A DNA stretch of 60,000 nucleotides, from positions 88,104,001 through 88,164,000 of the forward strand of contig OZ076409.1 in the NCBI GenBank assembly GCA_964187785.1. Reading direction: 5' to 3'. Each line of letters starts with the position of its first letter. The stretch's first letter is position 1. Shown piece after piece: positions 24,290 to 34,574 of this stretch. Under the pieces are notes generated by a model that saw nothing but the letters and a program-made list of their open reading frames with translations, ran no database searches and was not told where the DNA came from. This stretch comes from Amphiscolops sp. MND2022. Its lineage: Eukaryota. A program made the translations under genes and the position numbers.

Positions 24290-25199
24290 TAACTTCACAA
24301 AACGCCAGTTTTTATCCAATGGGAACAATCCATTGCAGATACGTTTTTGACACAAAATCTGTTTTAACCGTTAAGTTATAAAAGCGTCAAATACAGCCGA
24401 TCGACAAACTGCTACCAGATCAACGTTTGAGGTTTGGAGATCAACGTTTGGACAAACTTGGTTTTCTTTATCTTCGATTAAACGCGTGATCTTCAAAAGA
24501 GACACTCTTTTTCAATGCGCTACTATTCTACTAACAATTTAGCCGCTCATCACAAATATCAAAATCTGAATGCGAAAATCTGAAGTTACCCAACAAAAAA
24601 GGAAAATCTGATGTTTTCCTTTTTTATAACTGCCCAGGTCTTGATACAAAACGCCTACTGAGCACTGGGATAGGTTGCACCCCCAGCTAATTTGTAGAGA
24701 ACATCTTAAGGCTCAAGCGTAACAATTTATGAACAAATTTGAGAAAAAAATGCTTTTTCTCGTTCAAAGAATATGCTGAGTAGCTCAATGCTTTATCATT
24801 TTTCGCTTATATTTCAGTATGAAAAAGCTAAAACCGGCCGAGACTAAGGGGCCCCCCCTTTTGATTTTTTTCGGCACTGTGCGACTTTTTTCGAAAATTT
24901 TTAACGTCTCCAAAGGGTCCCCCCTTTGAGTTTTTTGTTATTTTGTAACAGAATGCAAGTTTATAAATCAAAAAGGGTCCCACCTTTTACATTTTTTGGC
25001 ACTGTGCGACATTTTCCGGAAGAAAAAATTTTTCGAAAACTTCAAGTTTTTTTCCAAAAAAAATGTTTTGCGCTTTTTGAGTCTTAGATATAGAGACGAC
25101 TATAGACATTACCGTCGTGTTTTCCCAAACGTTGCTATGTTCCAATGTCATACCCAATTTCAAGTTCATTCATAGTCTTCAACAAACATAACTTTGTGA

Positions 25200-25980
25200 A
25201 AAATGTATTTCTTGAGTATTTTGGGCTTTTTTCGTGGGTCAGAAAATCCTAATGTTTTCAAAACGAATAAACCTGCTTTACTGAAATGAATGAGAAAAAA
25301 TATTCGAAACGTTTACTTGTAAAAGCGTCTCAAAATGACCCAAAACTACTAAAGATTGCAAAACTCCAGTCTCTGACCTTTTAAAAGCATTTTTCAAATA
25401 TTTTGGACATTTCGAAAGATCAGACATTTAAATGCTTTTTAAAAGAAAATTTTGATGTTGTTAGATCAGAAAGAGACGAAGATACCTCCCAGAAAATTGA
25501 AAGTATTTTCAAATTTTGACCGTTTCAATCAATTTCTGTAAAATTTTTCAATGTTTTCAGGGGTATGAACATCGAAATGTTTCAAAAACAAAGCGTTCAT
25601 TGATTTAGGAGACCTTCATTATCAGATAAATCCTTAGTGTAATGGTTAGAAAAGCGCTTTATATGCCCAAAATTAGCGGAACATTTTTTTCTGACACTGG
25701 ATCGTTTGGTAGGAACACAGAGAGTTCAGAAATTTAGTGAGTATCAATGTACCGTATTCCTTAGGATAAAAAACTTGAATGACACGTTTTGTACAGATTC
25801 TAAACATTTTCTAGAATACAAAATCCTGCGAGAAGTCCCCAAAAAACCAATTTTCCAATTTCAACCGTGTTAATAAATTTCAGTACATTTTTCAGAATTT
25901 TTTGTGGGTATGAATAATCCCAGCGTTCGAAGACAAAACGATTGCCTCTTTAGCATTATTTTTAAAATGAGAGAGCTATG
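25200..25980. repeat. Degenerate ~170-180-bp tandem array related to the Helentron-like family B internal repeats
   Basis: Recurring (G/T)CAGAA/ATGAA...AATG..TTCAAAA units at ~25238, 25417, 25563, 25724 and 25907. Confidence 0.4.
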
Positions 25981-25994
25981 TAAGTTTTTAACGT

Positions 25995-26181
25995 TGAAGT
26001 AGACTGTTTACAAACAATCTCTCTATATTAATTACCGTTGCTATTTTTAGTTCGAACCTATTATTGTTTACTAACAACAACTTAACCTTTAACCTAAAGC
26101 TGATATCATTATAGTAAACTTTCAGCTAGAGTAAACGTTGATCTTAATCTCTTTTCTCAAGCCTATCTTAGAATTACTTCA
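25995..26181 (+). repeat. 5' LTR
   Basis: Identical to 31775-31961. Confidence 0.97.
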
Positions 26182-26210
26182 TGGCGCAGTCAACAAGATA
26201 AAGAACTACA

Positions 26211-29200
26211 ATGGAAGATGAAGAAGGCAACATTACTGGACAGAGTAACAGCCAATCCCTTCCAAACAACACAACGACGAGATCGGTTGAACGGACAGCA
26301 ACACAAAAGCTACCCATTCCGATCCTCGAAAAGAATGATCACACCAGTGCAAAGCTATGGTGGAGAAAATTCGTTCAATATATTAAAATGACCCGAGAAA
26401 TCGACTTGTCGAAAATGACTAACTCCAAAGAAATACTGCCACAATTTAGAGAGCAGTTGGAGGAAGAAATTAAAGACGTATTCATATGGGCGATTGGCCA
26501 ATCAGCAATCACGGAAATGACAAAGACGGTAAGAGAGAGAGAGCCAAACTCTCTACCACTGTACCGTCTTTATACACTATTCAGACTCCATTTCATCCCC
26601 GAGAGGAACAAACACCACAGTAGAGCAGACTTCTTCAACCTAAAACGAGAACCAGGAGAATCAGCTGCGGAAACGTGGAAACGCATTCTAGAAATCGAAA
26701 AGAATTGCGAATTTGAAGAAATAACAGCGGCAGAACTGCTGGCATCAAAATTTCTCTCAGTAATCGGGAAAACCACGGGAGACAATGACCTAAAAAAGAA
26801 AATAAAGAAAGGGGATATGTCGGTAGAAGCAATTACTGACACAATACACGAATACATGTATGAAAAAATGAACGAATCGAAAGATTCCGAAGAAGAAACA
26901 AAAATTAAACACGTGGATAGAAAAAGAACCTACCAAAAGCCGGAAAAAGAAAGACAAAATAAATTCAGAAAAGTAGACTGTATCAGATGTGGGGCACCAA
27001 ACTGGAGCAAATCACATGACTGTCCGGCGAGAACAAAAAAGTGTCTAAACTGCGGAAAAATCGGCCATTTTGCAAGATTATGCCGATCAAAACAAAACTC
27101 GGACCGTAGAATAAAACACATCCAACAAGACTCCGAAGCCACCAGCGCAGAAGAAGACAACTGGACACCAAACAAGATACACTCAATAAACAAAACAATC
27201 CATTCAACAATACAAATATCCAAACACGGACAACCATTCTTCACGGCGACGGTATTGGTCAACAACCGCCCAATCAAATTCATAATAGACAGCGGATCAC
27301 CGGTCACCATAATACCAAAGCAAAAGTTCAACGGCATTACAACAATATATCCATTGAACGAAGAATACAGAGACGTAAACAACAACAAAATTAAATTCGA
27401 AGGAAAAACAATGGCAAACATCGAAATAGACGGAGAAAAGAAGAAACTCGAGTTACTGATTACCACAAAAAGAACAAATCCATTACTGGGACTAGACTGG
27501 ATGAAACATCTGGGAATAAACGTAAATGTCGAAAAGTCAAACCTAAAAATCCAAAACATTCAAAAAGATCCAGATATCATCGACTTGAAAAACAAATTCA
27601 AAAAACTATTTCACGAAAACAAAACCGTGAAAGGAATAGAAGTAGACATTCAACTAAAACCAGACGCAAAATTGATACAACAGAAAGGCCGACCAATACC
27701 GATTCATTTACAACCGGCAGTCGGTAAAGAAATCGAGAAATTAATGAAGAACGGTCATATCGAAAAAGCCACCGATATCGACGAAAACTGCTTTGTCAGC
27801 CCAGCCGTTATCACAGTTAAAAGAGACAAATCGGTAAAAATTGCCTTAGATTCACGGAAACTCAACGAAATTACAGTGAAAAGAGAAGCGCAAATGCCGA
27901 ATATGGAGGAATTAATTTCCAGAATATCCAGAAAAATCGCCGATGGAGAAGCAGACGAGATATGGATATCGAAATTCGACTTGGATTATGCATACGGTCA
28001 ACTACCGTTATCAAAAAACGCAATGGACCTATGCATATTTGCGGTAACCGGTGGGAACTTTACCGGCTACTATAGATTCCTTAAAGGCTTCTATGGCTTG
28101 GCGGACATTCCGACCATATTTCAAGAAAAGATCGACCAAACACTGGAAAACAAACATCCGGCGTGGCTAGATGACATATTAGTAGTCACCAAAGGAACAA
28201 AAGAACAACACAAGCGCGAGTTAATAGACGTATTAACAAAACTAGAAAACGCAGGTTACAGACTAAGCGAAAACAAAACCGAATTTTTCAAATCGGAAAT
28301 AGAATGGGTGGGACATAAAATTGACCAAAACGGTATTAGACCGTTGCAAGACAAACTCAAAGCCATACAAGAACTAAAAGAACCAAAAAACGAAAAGGAA
28401 CTAAAATCCTTCTTGGGGGCAATCCAATATTTATCAAAATACATTGAAAACTTGTCAGCCCAAACGGACTTGCTGAGACAACTATTGAAAAAAAATAATG
28501 AATGGAGCTGGACACCAGAACACTCCGAAGCATTTACACAATTAAAAAACAAAATCACGGAGATACCGTGTCTAGCACACTACAGCTCCAATCTACCGAA
28601 TACAATAACGACAGACGCCAGCACGAAAGGCCTGGGCGCAACTCTCTGGCAAGAACAACATAATGGCGAATTGAAACCGATAGCATTTGCAAGCAGATTT
28701 CTATCGGATACCGAAAAAAAATACGCCATTAATGAATTAGAATTATTGGCGGTTGTATGGGGCCTAGAACACTTCCGTTTATATATATACGGTAAACCGA
28801 TAAAACTATTGACCGATCATCAGGCTTTAGAACCATTAATTAAACGCAACCGCTCTAATAAAACATACAGCGCCCGTTTAACTAGATGGCTCGACCGATT
28901 AGCACACTTCTCAATTAACGTGAACCACATTGCGGGAAAGCATTTAGCTTTGACGGATTACTTGAGTAGAAATCCAATCGCACCACCGCAACAAGACGAA
29001 GCATACGAAGAAGAGTACGTAATTAACAGCATAGTACCGCACTACGAATTTGTTTCAAAAGTTGGTTGCCTTAGCAACCACCTCGTCCAATCACAAGCGC
29101 GCAGCGAAATGTCAAAAGGAACGAAAGCAAACAAACAGCCGTCAACGGAACGCACACGTGAACAAAACGCCATTAACAGCATTGACCGCATCAAAACAAG

Positions 29201-30260
29201 TAGCAAAACTCATCAAAACCAGATCGATCTTAAAGCAATGGATGCAAGAACAGTGGACAACCTGGAGCGAATTGACAACTCAAAAGAAACAATGGACCTG
29301 ATAGAGCGGTGGCGAAATATAGTAAAGCCAGGAATATACCGACTCTCAAACGGTAAATGGAAAAAATACCATGAACCGAAATTTTTACGCGGAGAAAGAC
29401 GAGAAATAGAAGAAAGACTTTCCGAAATAATCCGGAAACTAGAAAGCCCGGCCAGGGAAATTCGAAACCGGCCACAACAATCTGACGAATACTCCGCAGA
29501 CTGGCAATCGACCGCACCTGCTCCGCAAAACTTCCGAGGAGGGTTCATACAGCGGACCAATAACGATCAACCGGGAACATCAAGAGCAGAACCGGTTACC
29601 CAACAGGACATCATTATGGAAGAGGGAGAAATTTCCAGCGACTCAGAACTGGCACCGTCGGTACTGGAAGTACCCACCATTAACTGGGCAAATTACATCG
29701 GGGTAAAAAGCGTGCAGTACATAAAAATGGGACACGCCCCAAGAGTTCAAGCCCTAGAACAAAATAGCTGGGACCTGGAACAAACCGTCCGCGAAACGGA
29801 AAAAGAATTTGCCACTGACCTTCAGTTACTTATGACGGAAACAACAAACGACCCAAAATTGCTGAAGACACTCATTTGTCTGGAACGTCAGCAGTATGAC
29901 AACATTCCGGATGAGTATACCCCATACAAAAAGAAGCTATCAACACGTTACGGGCTGGTATTTTACGAAGACAAGATCATTGTGCCAATCAACCTAAGAA
30001 CAACCGTAATAAGTTTGCTGCATAAAGGACACCCGGCAATCAATAAAATGACACTCTCCGCAAAGCACTTCTGGTGGCCCAAACTGATGGAAGCCATACA
30101 ACGAAAATGCGACAGCTGTATACCGTGCAAACTTTCCGGTAAGAACATTAAACCTAATATACCACGAACAGAACAAAATAGCTTACCTCACTTAAACGCA
30201 CCAAACGAAGAAATCCATTCGGTTGGATTTCATCGGACCAATCACGGACCAAAACCGTAG
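26211..30260 (+). CDS. Gag-Pol (gag CCHC, protease, RT, RNase H, integrase HHCC); frameshifted before the integrase core
   Basis: CLNCGKIGHFARLC; FIIDSGS; RT AWLDDIL; RNase H TDAS..GLGA...ELELLAVVW...TDH; HKGH...CIPC. Confidence 0.93.
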   Translation: MEDEEGNITGQSNSQSLPNNTTTRSVERTATQKLPIPILEKNDHTSAKLWWRKFVQYIKMTREIDLSKMTNSKEILPQFREQLEEEIKDVFIWAIGQSAITEMTKTVREREPNSLPLYRLYTLFRLHFIPERNKHHSRADFFNLKREPGESAAETWKRILEIEKNCEFEEITAAELLASKFLSVIGKTTGDNDLKKKIKKGDMSVEAITDTIHEYMYEKMNESKDSEEETKIKHVDRKRTYQKPEKERQNKFRKVDCIRCGAPNWSKSHDCPARTKKCLNCGKIGHFARLCRSKQNSDRRIKHIQQDSEATSAEEDNWTPNKIHSINKTIHSTIQISKHGQPFFTATVLVNNRPIKFIIDSGSPVTIIPKQKFNGITTIYPLNEEYRDVNNNKIKFEGKTMANIEIDGEKKKLELLITTKRTNPLLGLDWMKHLGINVNVEKSNLKIQNIQKDPDIIDLKNKFKKLFHENKTVKGIEVDIQLKPDAKLIQQKGRPIPIHLQPAVGKEIEKLMKNGHIEKATDIDENCFVSPAVITVKRDKSVKIALDSRKLNEITVKREAQMPNMEELISRISRKIADGEADEIWISKFDLDYAYGQLPLSKNAMDLCIFAVTGGNFTGYYRFLKGFYGLADIPTIFQEKIDQTLENKHPAWLDDILVVTKGTKEQHKRELIDVLTKLENAGYRLSENKTEFFKSEIEWVGHKIDQNGIRPLQDKLKAIQELKEPKNEKELKSFLGAIQYLSKYIENLSAQTDLLRQLLKKNNEWSWTPEHSEAFTQLKNKITEIPCLAHYSSNLPNTITTDASTKGLGATLWQEQHNGELKPIAFASRFLSDTEKKYAINELELLAVVWGLEHFRLYIYGKPIKLLTDHQALEPLIKRNRSNKTYSARLTRWLDRLAHFSINVNHIAGKHLALTDYLSRNPIAPPQQDEAYEEEYVINSIVPHYEFVSKVGCLSNHLVQSQARSEMSKGTKANKQPSTERTREQNAINSIDRIKTSSKTHQNQIDLKAMDARTVDNLERIDNSKETMDLIERWRNIVKPGIYRLSNGKWKKYHEPKFLRGERREIEERLSEIIRKLESPAREIRNRPQQSDEYSADWQSTAPAPQNFRGGFIQRTNNDQPGTSRAEPVTQQDIIMEEGEISSDSELAPSVLEVPTINWANYIGVKSVQYIKMGHAPRVQALEQNSWDLEQTVRETEKEFATDLQLLMTETTNDPKLLKTLICLERQQYDNIPDEYTPYKKKLSTRYGLVFYEDKIIVPINLRTTVISLLHKGHPAINKMTLSAKHFWWPKLMEAIQRKCDSCIPCKLSGKNIKPNIPRTEQNSLPHLNAPNEEIHSVGFHRTNHGPKP

Positions 30261-31782
30261 ATTTTATATTTTACTCTCCATGGACAGGTTTAGTAAATGG
30301 CCAGCCGCCAGTCTGTGCAAAACCACAGACGGTGAAACGGCGACAAAATTTTTGGAACAGTACTGTAACCTAAACGGTGTACCAAAAACGATAAGAACGG
30401 ACAAGGCAACCGCCTTTACCGGACGACACTTTAGAGAATTTTGTAGAAACAAATTCATAAAACTAATATACGGGACACCGTATATTCACACCCCAACCGG
30501 CCTAGTAGAAAGAGGAGTACGTACTTTGAAAGAAAACCTCTTAACCAATATAAAAGCCGGAGAACCATTCGGAAAAGCATTGGACCTAGCACTAAACGTG
30601 ATGCGGACCACACCACACACTAGGCTAAGAAAATCCGCATTCGAACTACACTTTGGCAGAGAACCAAATACGGAATGGGGAAATATGCTGAAACTAGATA
30701 AAACTAAATTGATAACCAATAATTCCATTTCAGCGAGACCAGATACCTTACAGGTATATACATTCAGTGGAGAAGGCGGTAGCTCCGACCATCTACCCAT
30801 GAAACAAAAGAGAAAAGGAGCAAAAACGGTAAGTAAATACCCGTTTCAATTCTTTGAACGAAAAAATCAAAAAGGAAAGTTCGAAAGCCCATACTCAGAA
30901 CACCTACAAACGGCAGTAACTGGAACGGAGCATACCGTGACTACTTCAGATAATAAAATAATTCACCGTAAATTAATTAGCAAACCAATTAATACATTTG
31001 AACAGGAACCAACAAACAGAGGAACGGGCCCAAGAGGACCAGACGGGAGATTTTCCAGAAAACAGGACAAAACCAAACAATCCCCCGAAAAATCCCCATT
31101 AGAAGAAGATCTGGATACCAGCCCAGAACCGCCCACCACCAAACGGGCAAGCACAATTGGCAGAGGAAGGCCACGGACCAACAAACCGCTAACACCAGAC
31201 AGCACACCGGGCCAACAAAACAATGCAGGAACCGGGACACTTACCATCAATACAGACCAGATGTCGGAGTCCGATATTGACCAAACAATAAGAGACTCGA
31301 CACAGTCAGGGCAAGAAATTCAAATCAAAGATAACTCCGGTAAGGTGACAATTTATAACAATAAAATAGAAAACAAACTAGACCTATCAGAATTAGAACT
31401 AGCAAGCAACTTAAGTTCTAGTACCGAATTAGAGGAAGAAATAGAGCAACCAAAAAATACTAACTTACGCCGGTCAAAGAGGTTAACAAATACAAATCCA
31501 ATTGTTAGATTAAACAACCCAGTCAACCAATCTGATTACAGGAAACACAATAAGACGACTCAACCTGCCACCACTACCGGAATACTCAGAGGAAATGCCG
31601 GAGCAAAGCGAAGAGGTCGACCAGTAAACCGCCCGGAAGCACAACATGCCTCTCACGGAACACCGGAGAAAATACTACCAGACCATGGACGGACAACCGG
31701 ACATAACAATAGAATGGACAGCAACGGACAAGCACACCCATTGGAGGATTCTCCTCCAATCAAAGAAGGGGGAATGAAGTAG
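30223..31782 (+). CDS. Integrase core (DDE) plus long C-terminal tail; continuation of pol after a frameshift
   Basis: LDFIGP...IRTDKATAF...TGLVERGVRTLK. The stop codon lies inside the 3' LTR. Confidence 0.9.
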   Translation: MDFIGPITDQNRRFYILLSMDRFSKWPAASLCKTTDGETATKFLEQYCNLNGVPKTIRTDKATAFTGRHFREFCRNKFIKLIYGTPYIHTPTGLVERGVRTLKENLLTNIKAGEPFGKALDLALNVMRTTPHTRLRKSAFELHFGREPNTEWGNMLKLDKTKLITNNSISARPDTLQVYTFSGEGGSSDHLPMKQKRKGAKTVSKYPFQFFERKNQKGKFESPYSEHLQTAVTGTEHTVTTSDNKIIHRKLISKPINTFEQEPTNRGTGPRGPDGRFSRKQDKTKQSPEKSPLEEDLDTSPEPPTTKRASTIGRGRPRTNKPLTPDSTPGQQNNAGTGTLTINTDQMSESDIDQTIRDSTQSGQEIQIKDNSGKVTIYNNKIENKLDLSELELASNLSSSTELEEEIEQPKNTNLRRSKRLTNTNPIVRLNNPVNQSDYRKHNKTTQPATTTGILRGNAGAKRRGRPVNRPEAQHASHGTPEKILPDHGRTTGHNNRMDSNGQAHPLEDSPPIKEGGMK

Positions 31783-31961
31783 ACTGTTTACAAACAATCT
31801 CTCTATATTAATTACCGTTGCTATTTTTAGTTCGAACCTATTATTGTTTACTAACAACAACTTAACCTTTAACCTAAAGCTGATATCATTATAGTAAACT
31901 TTCAGCTAGAGTAAACGTTGATCTTAATCTCTTTTCTCAAGCCTATCTTAGAATTACTTCA
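31775..31961 (+). repeat. 3' LTR
   Basis: Identical to the 5' LTR, preceded by the PPT and followed by the TSD. Confidence 0.97.
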
Positions 31962-32002
31962 AACGTACATAAAACGCTCTATCGAGAAGGCAAAAATTAT
32001 TA

Positions 32003-34543
32003 TTTTCCGTCCATATTTCATATGGAAAAGGAAAATATTTAAATCAAACGGTTTTTTTTACAAAGTTTGCCAAGAATTAAATTATATCCTAGCTAAAAGG
32101 TTTCACCTATAGAATTCAACTGATGTAAAATTAGTATCATGCGGTATGTCTTTGTCGAGATTTTTGGACTTTTTTGGTTGACCCTTCTGTTTTGTTCACC
32201 GAAGTGAGTGCGGGTAAACAAAAGTGCATAAGACTACCCAGATTTGACAAGACAAAATACGTAAAGGCTGCTTTTTGCCAAACACTGTCAGATATTCCAT
32301 GGTGCAAAATCCATCAATGCTCAAAAGCTAATGATATGTTCAATATGTTTGTTTATCTGTTATCAAGTGCCCTGGAAAAGCATGCTCCTTTCAAAAAAGT
32401 TTTCTTGAGGAAAAAAACTCCGAAACTTTTCAAAGAAACTTGGTTTGACGAGGAATGCAAAAACTTACTACGTGAACGGCAGTTGGCCTTTGAAAAATAC
32501 TCCAAGAATTCATCATCTGGAAATTGGTCTGCTTATAGTAAACTACGATCAAAATTATCGTCCGTTGTGAAAGAAAAACAAGAAAGATTTTCTTGGAATT
32601 GTTTTATCTCTCTCAAATCGTCAAAAGACCGCTGGAACTTTATAAACAACGTAAGGGGTCAAAATCAATCAGTCAACATTGCAGCTGTGAAAAATTTTTT
32701 TGGAGACTTGATTGTCGATGATAAGAAAATTACTGAACACTTCAACTTCATCTTCTCAAATCTTGGCCAATATTTTGGTAGAGAGTATGAGAGTGCTCCT
32801 GTATTTAAGGCTGGTGATGAGTCGTTCTGCTTCTGCCCAATAACAGAAAAAGATTGTTATGATATTTTGAAACAAATAAATCCCCACAAACCAACTGGTC
32901 CCTGTAAAGTACATGCATGGGCAATTATCGACGGTCAAAAAATTTTAGTCCCTCATCTGACATTTGTTCTAAATGAATGCATCAAGGATTGTGTGTTCCC
33001 TTCAATGCTAAAAAGGGCAGTAATAACTCCAATTTTTAAAAAAGATGACATCTTGGACCCGGTAAATGATCGCCCCATTTCAATAACTACTCCGTTCTCA
33101 AAAATCCTCGAGAAATGTCTGCACAAATAAATAACTGCTTACGCAGAGAGTCGTGGGATACTCACATCACTTCAATTTGGTTTTCGATCGAAAGTTTCTG
33201 CGCAAGATGCCATTTTGTATTTTATTGAAACAATCCAACACGAGATCGAATTTGGAAATATAGTACATGCTGTCCCAGTTGATCTATCTAAAGTTTTTGA
33301 CTCACTTTCACATCACATTCTTCTTAAGAAACTCGAATCGTTACATTTTTCACCTTCGGCTACACAAATCGTGGAAAGTTTTTTAACAGGTCGATTGCAA
33401 CACGTCTCTGTGAATGGTGTTCTGTCTGAATGGATTGAATTGAAACAAGGTGTCCCCCAAGGAACAGTCGTAGGACCATTATTTTTCAACCTGTATGTGA
33501 ATGATCTTCCAGAACTTATAAGCAGACCTGCTCATATATTACAGTCTGCTGACGATTGTTTAGTTTTCTGTAGTGATAGAAAATCTGAGATTGCTCTTGA
33601 AATATTGCAAGACAATATATATAAATTAGAAGAATACTTTTGTCTGAATAAGCTGAATTTAAACGGAAGTAAAACGGAATTCATAACCTTCTCCCTCAAA
33701 AATGATAAACGCCTCAACGACTCAGAAACAGTTACTGTGGGCTCCACCTTAGTAAAGAAATCAGACCATTGCAAACACTAAGGTGTAACCATTGATAAAC
33801 ACCTCGGGTTCCAAACACAAGTTAAAAAGGTGCTGAAAAATATGGCAGTTGGTATAAAAACTGTTGAAACTGTCCAACACAGGTTTCCAACTGGGGTGCT
33901 TCTCATGCTTTTCCACGCACTTGTGATGAGTCACCTGGAATATTCTCTATTGTTTTTCTTCAAAGTTAGTTCTTCTTTGTTGCTCTCACTAGAAAAACAG
34001 ATGAATTGGGCTTTGAAAAGCGTGTTTTTTCGTTCGAATATCAAGTCATCTCATGAATTGAGAAAAAACAAAGGTATAATCAGTATACGTCACTTGATTA
34101 TGTTCAAATCCCTGATTTACTTCTTTCAGTACATTAATAATAAAAAAAAGCTTTCTAAAACCAGTTGAAGTTACCTACAGCAACATATCGATGGAATTCC
34201 CGTACGAATCAAGTTATTTATACGGGTAATTTTTCATCTGTTTCAACTTCATCATTCTTTCATTGTACTGCACTGAAGTGGAACTCACTACCACTACATA
34301 TGCGAGATCCAAGTGTGAGTCTACATGTATTCAAAAGTAGATTGAAAATTCATCTGGAAAAAGAGTCAAAAGCAGTTCCTATTCAAGTAGCTAGTACCTG
34401 GCGTGATTTCCGCTTCAAATAAACCTGTCTGTCTTTCTTTTTAATTGTTGTAAAGTTCGAGAAAACTACTTATGCTTGCATAAGTCATCTACACTTATTG
34501 TATGGTAAGCTGTCAGCTATCCCCTTACAATAATATAGTGTTG

Positions 34544-34574
<31 letters not shown>

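Larger units (their letters stand above)
25995..31961 (+). mobile_element. Full-length Ty3/Gypsy LTR retrotransposon (5967 bp), recent insertion
   Basis: Identical 187-bp LTRs (25995-26181, 31775-31961) with TGAAGTA...TACTTCA termini. 5-bp TSD AACGT (25990-25994, 31962-31966). PBS TGGCGCAGTC (26182, tRNA-Ser type as in Drosophila 17.6/297). PPT AAAGAAGGGGGAA (31762-31774). Domain order PR-RT-RH-IN. Confidence 0.97.

Noticed and set aside
30211..30230. Programmed ribosomal frameshift in pol
   Set aside because: It lies inside integrase, has no slippery site, and a simple 4-nt insertion explains it.
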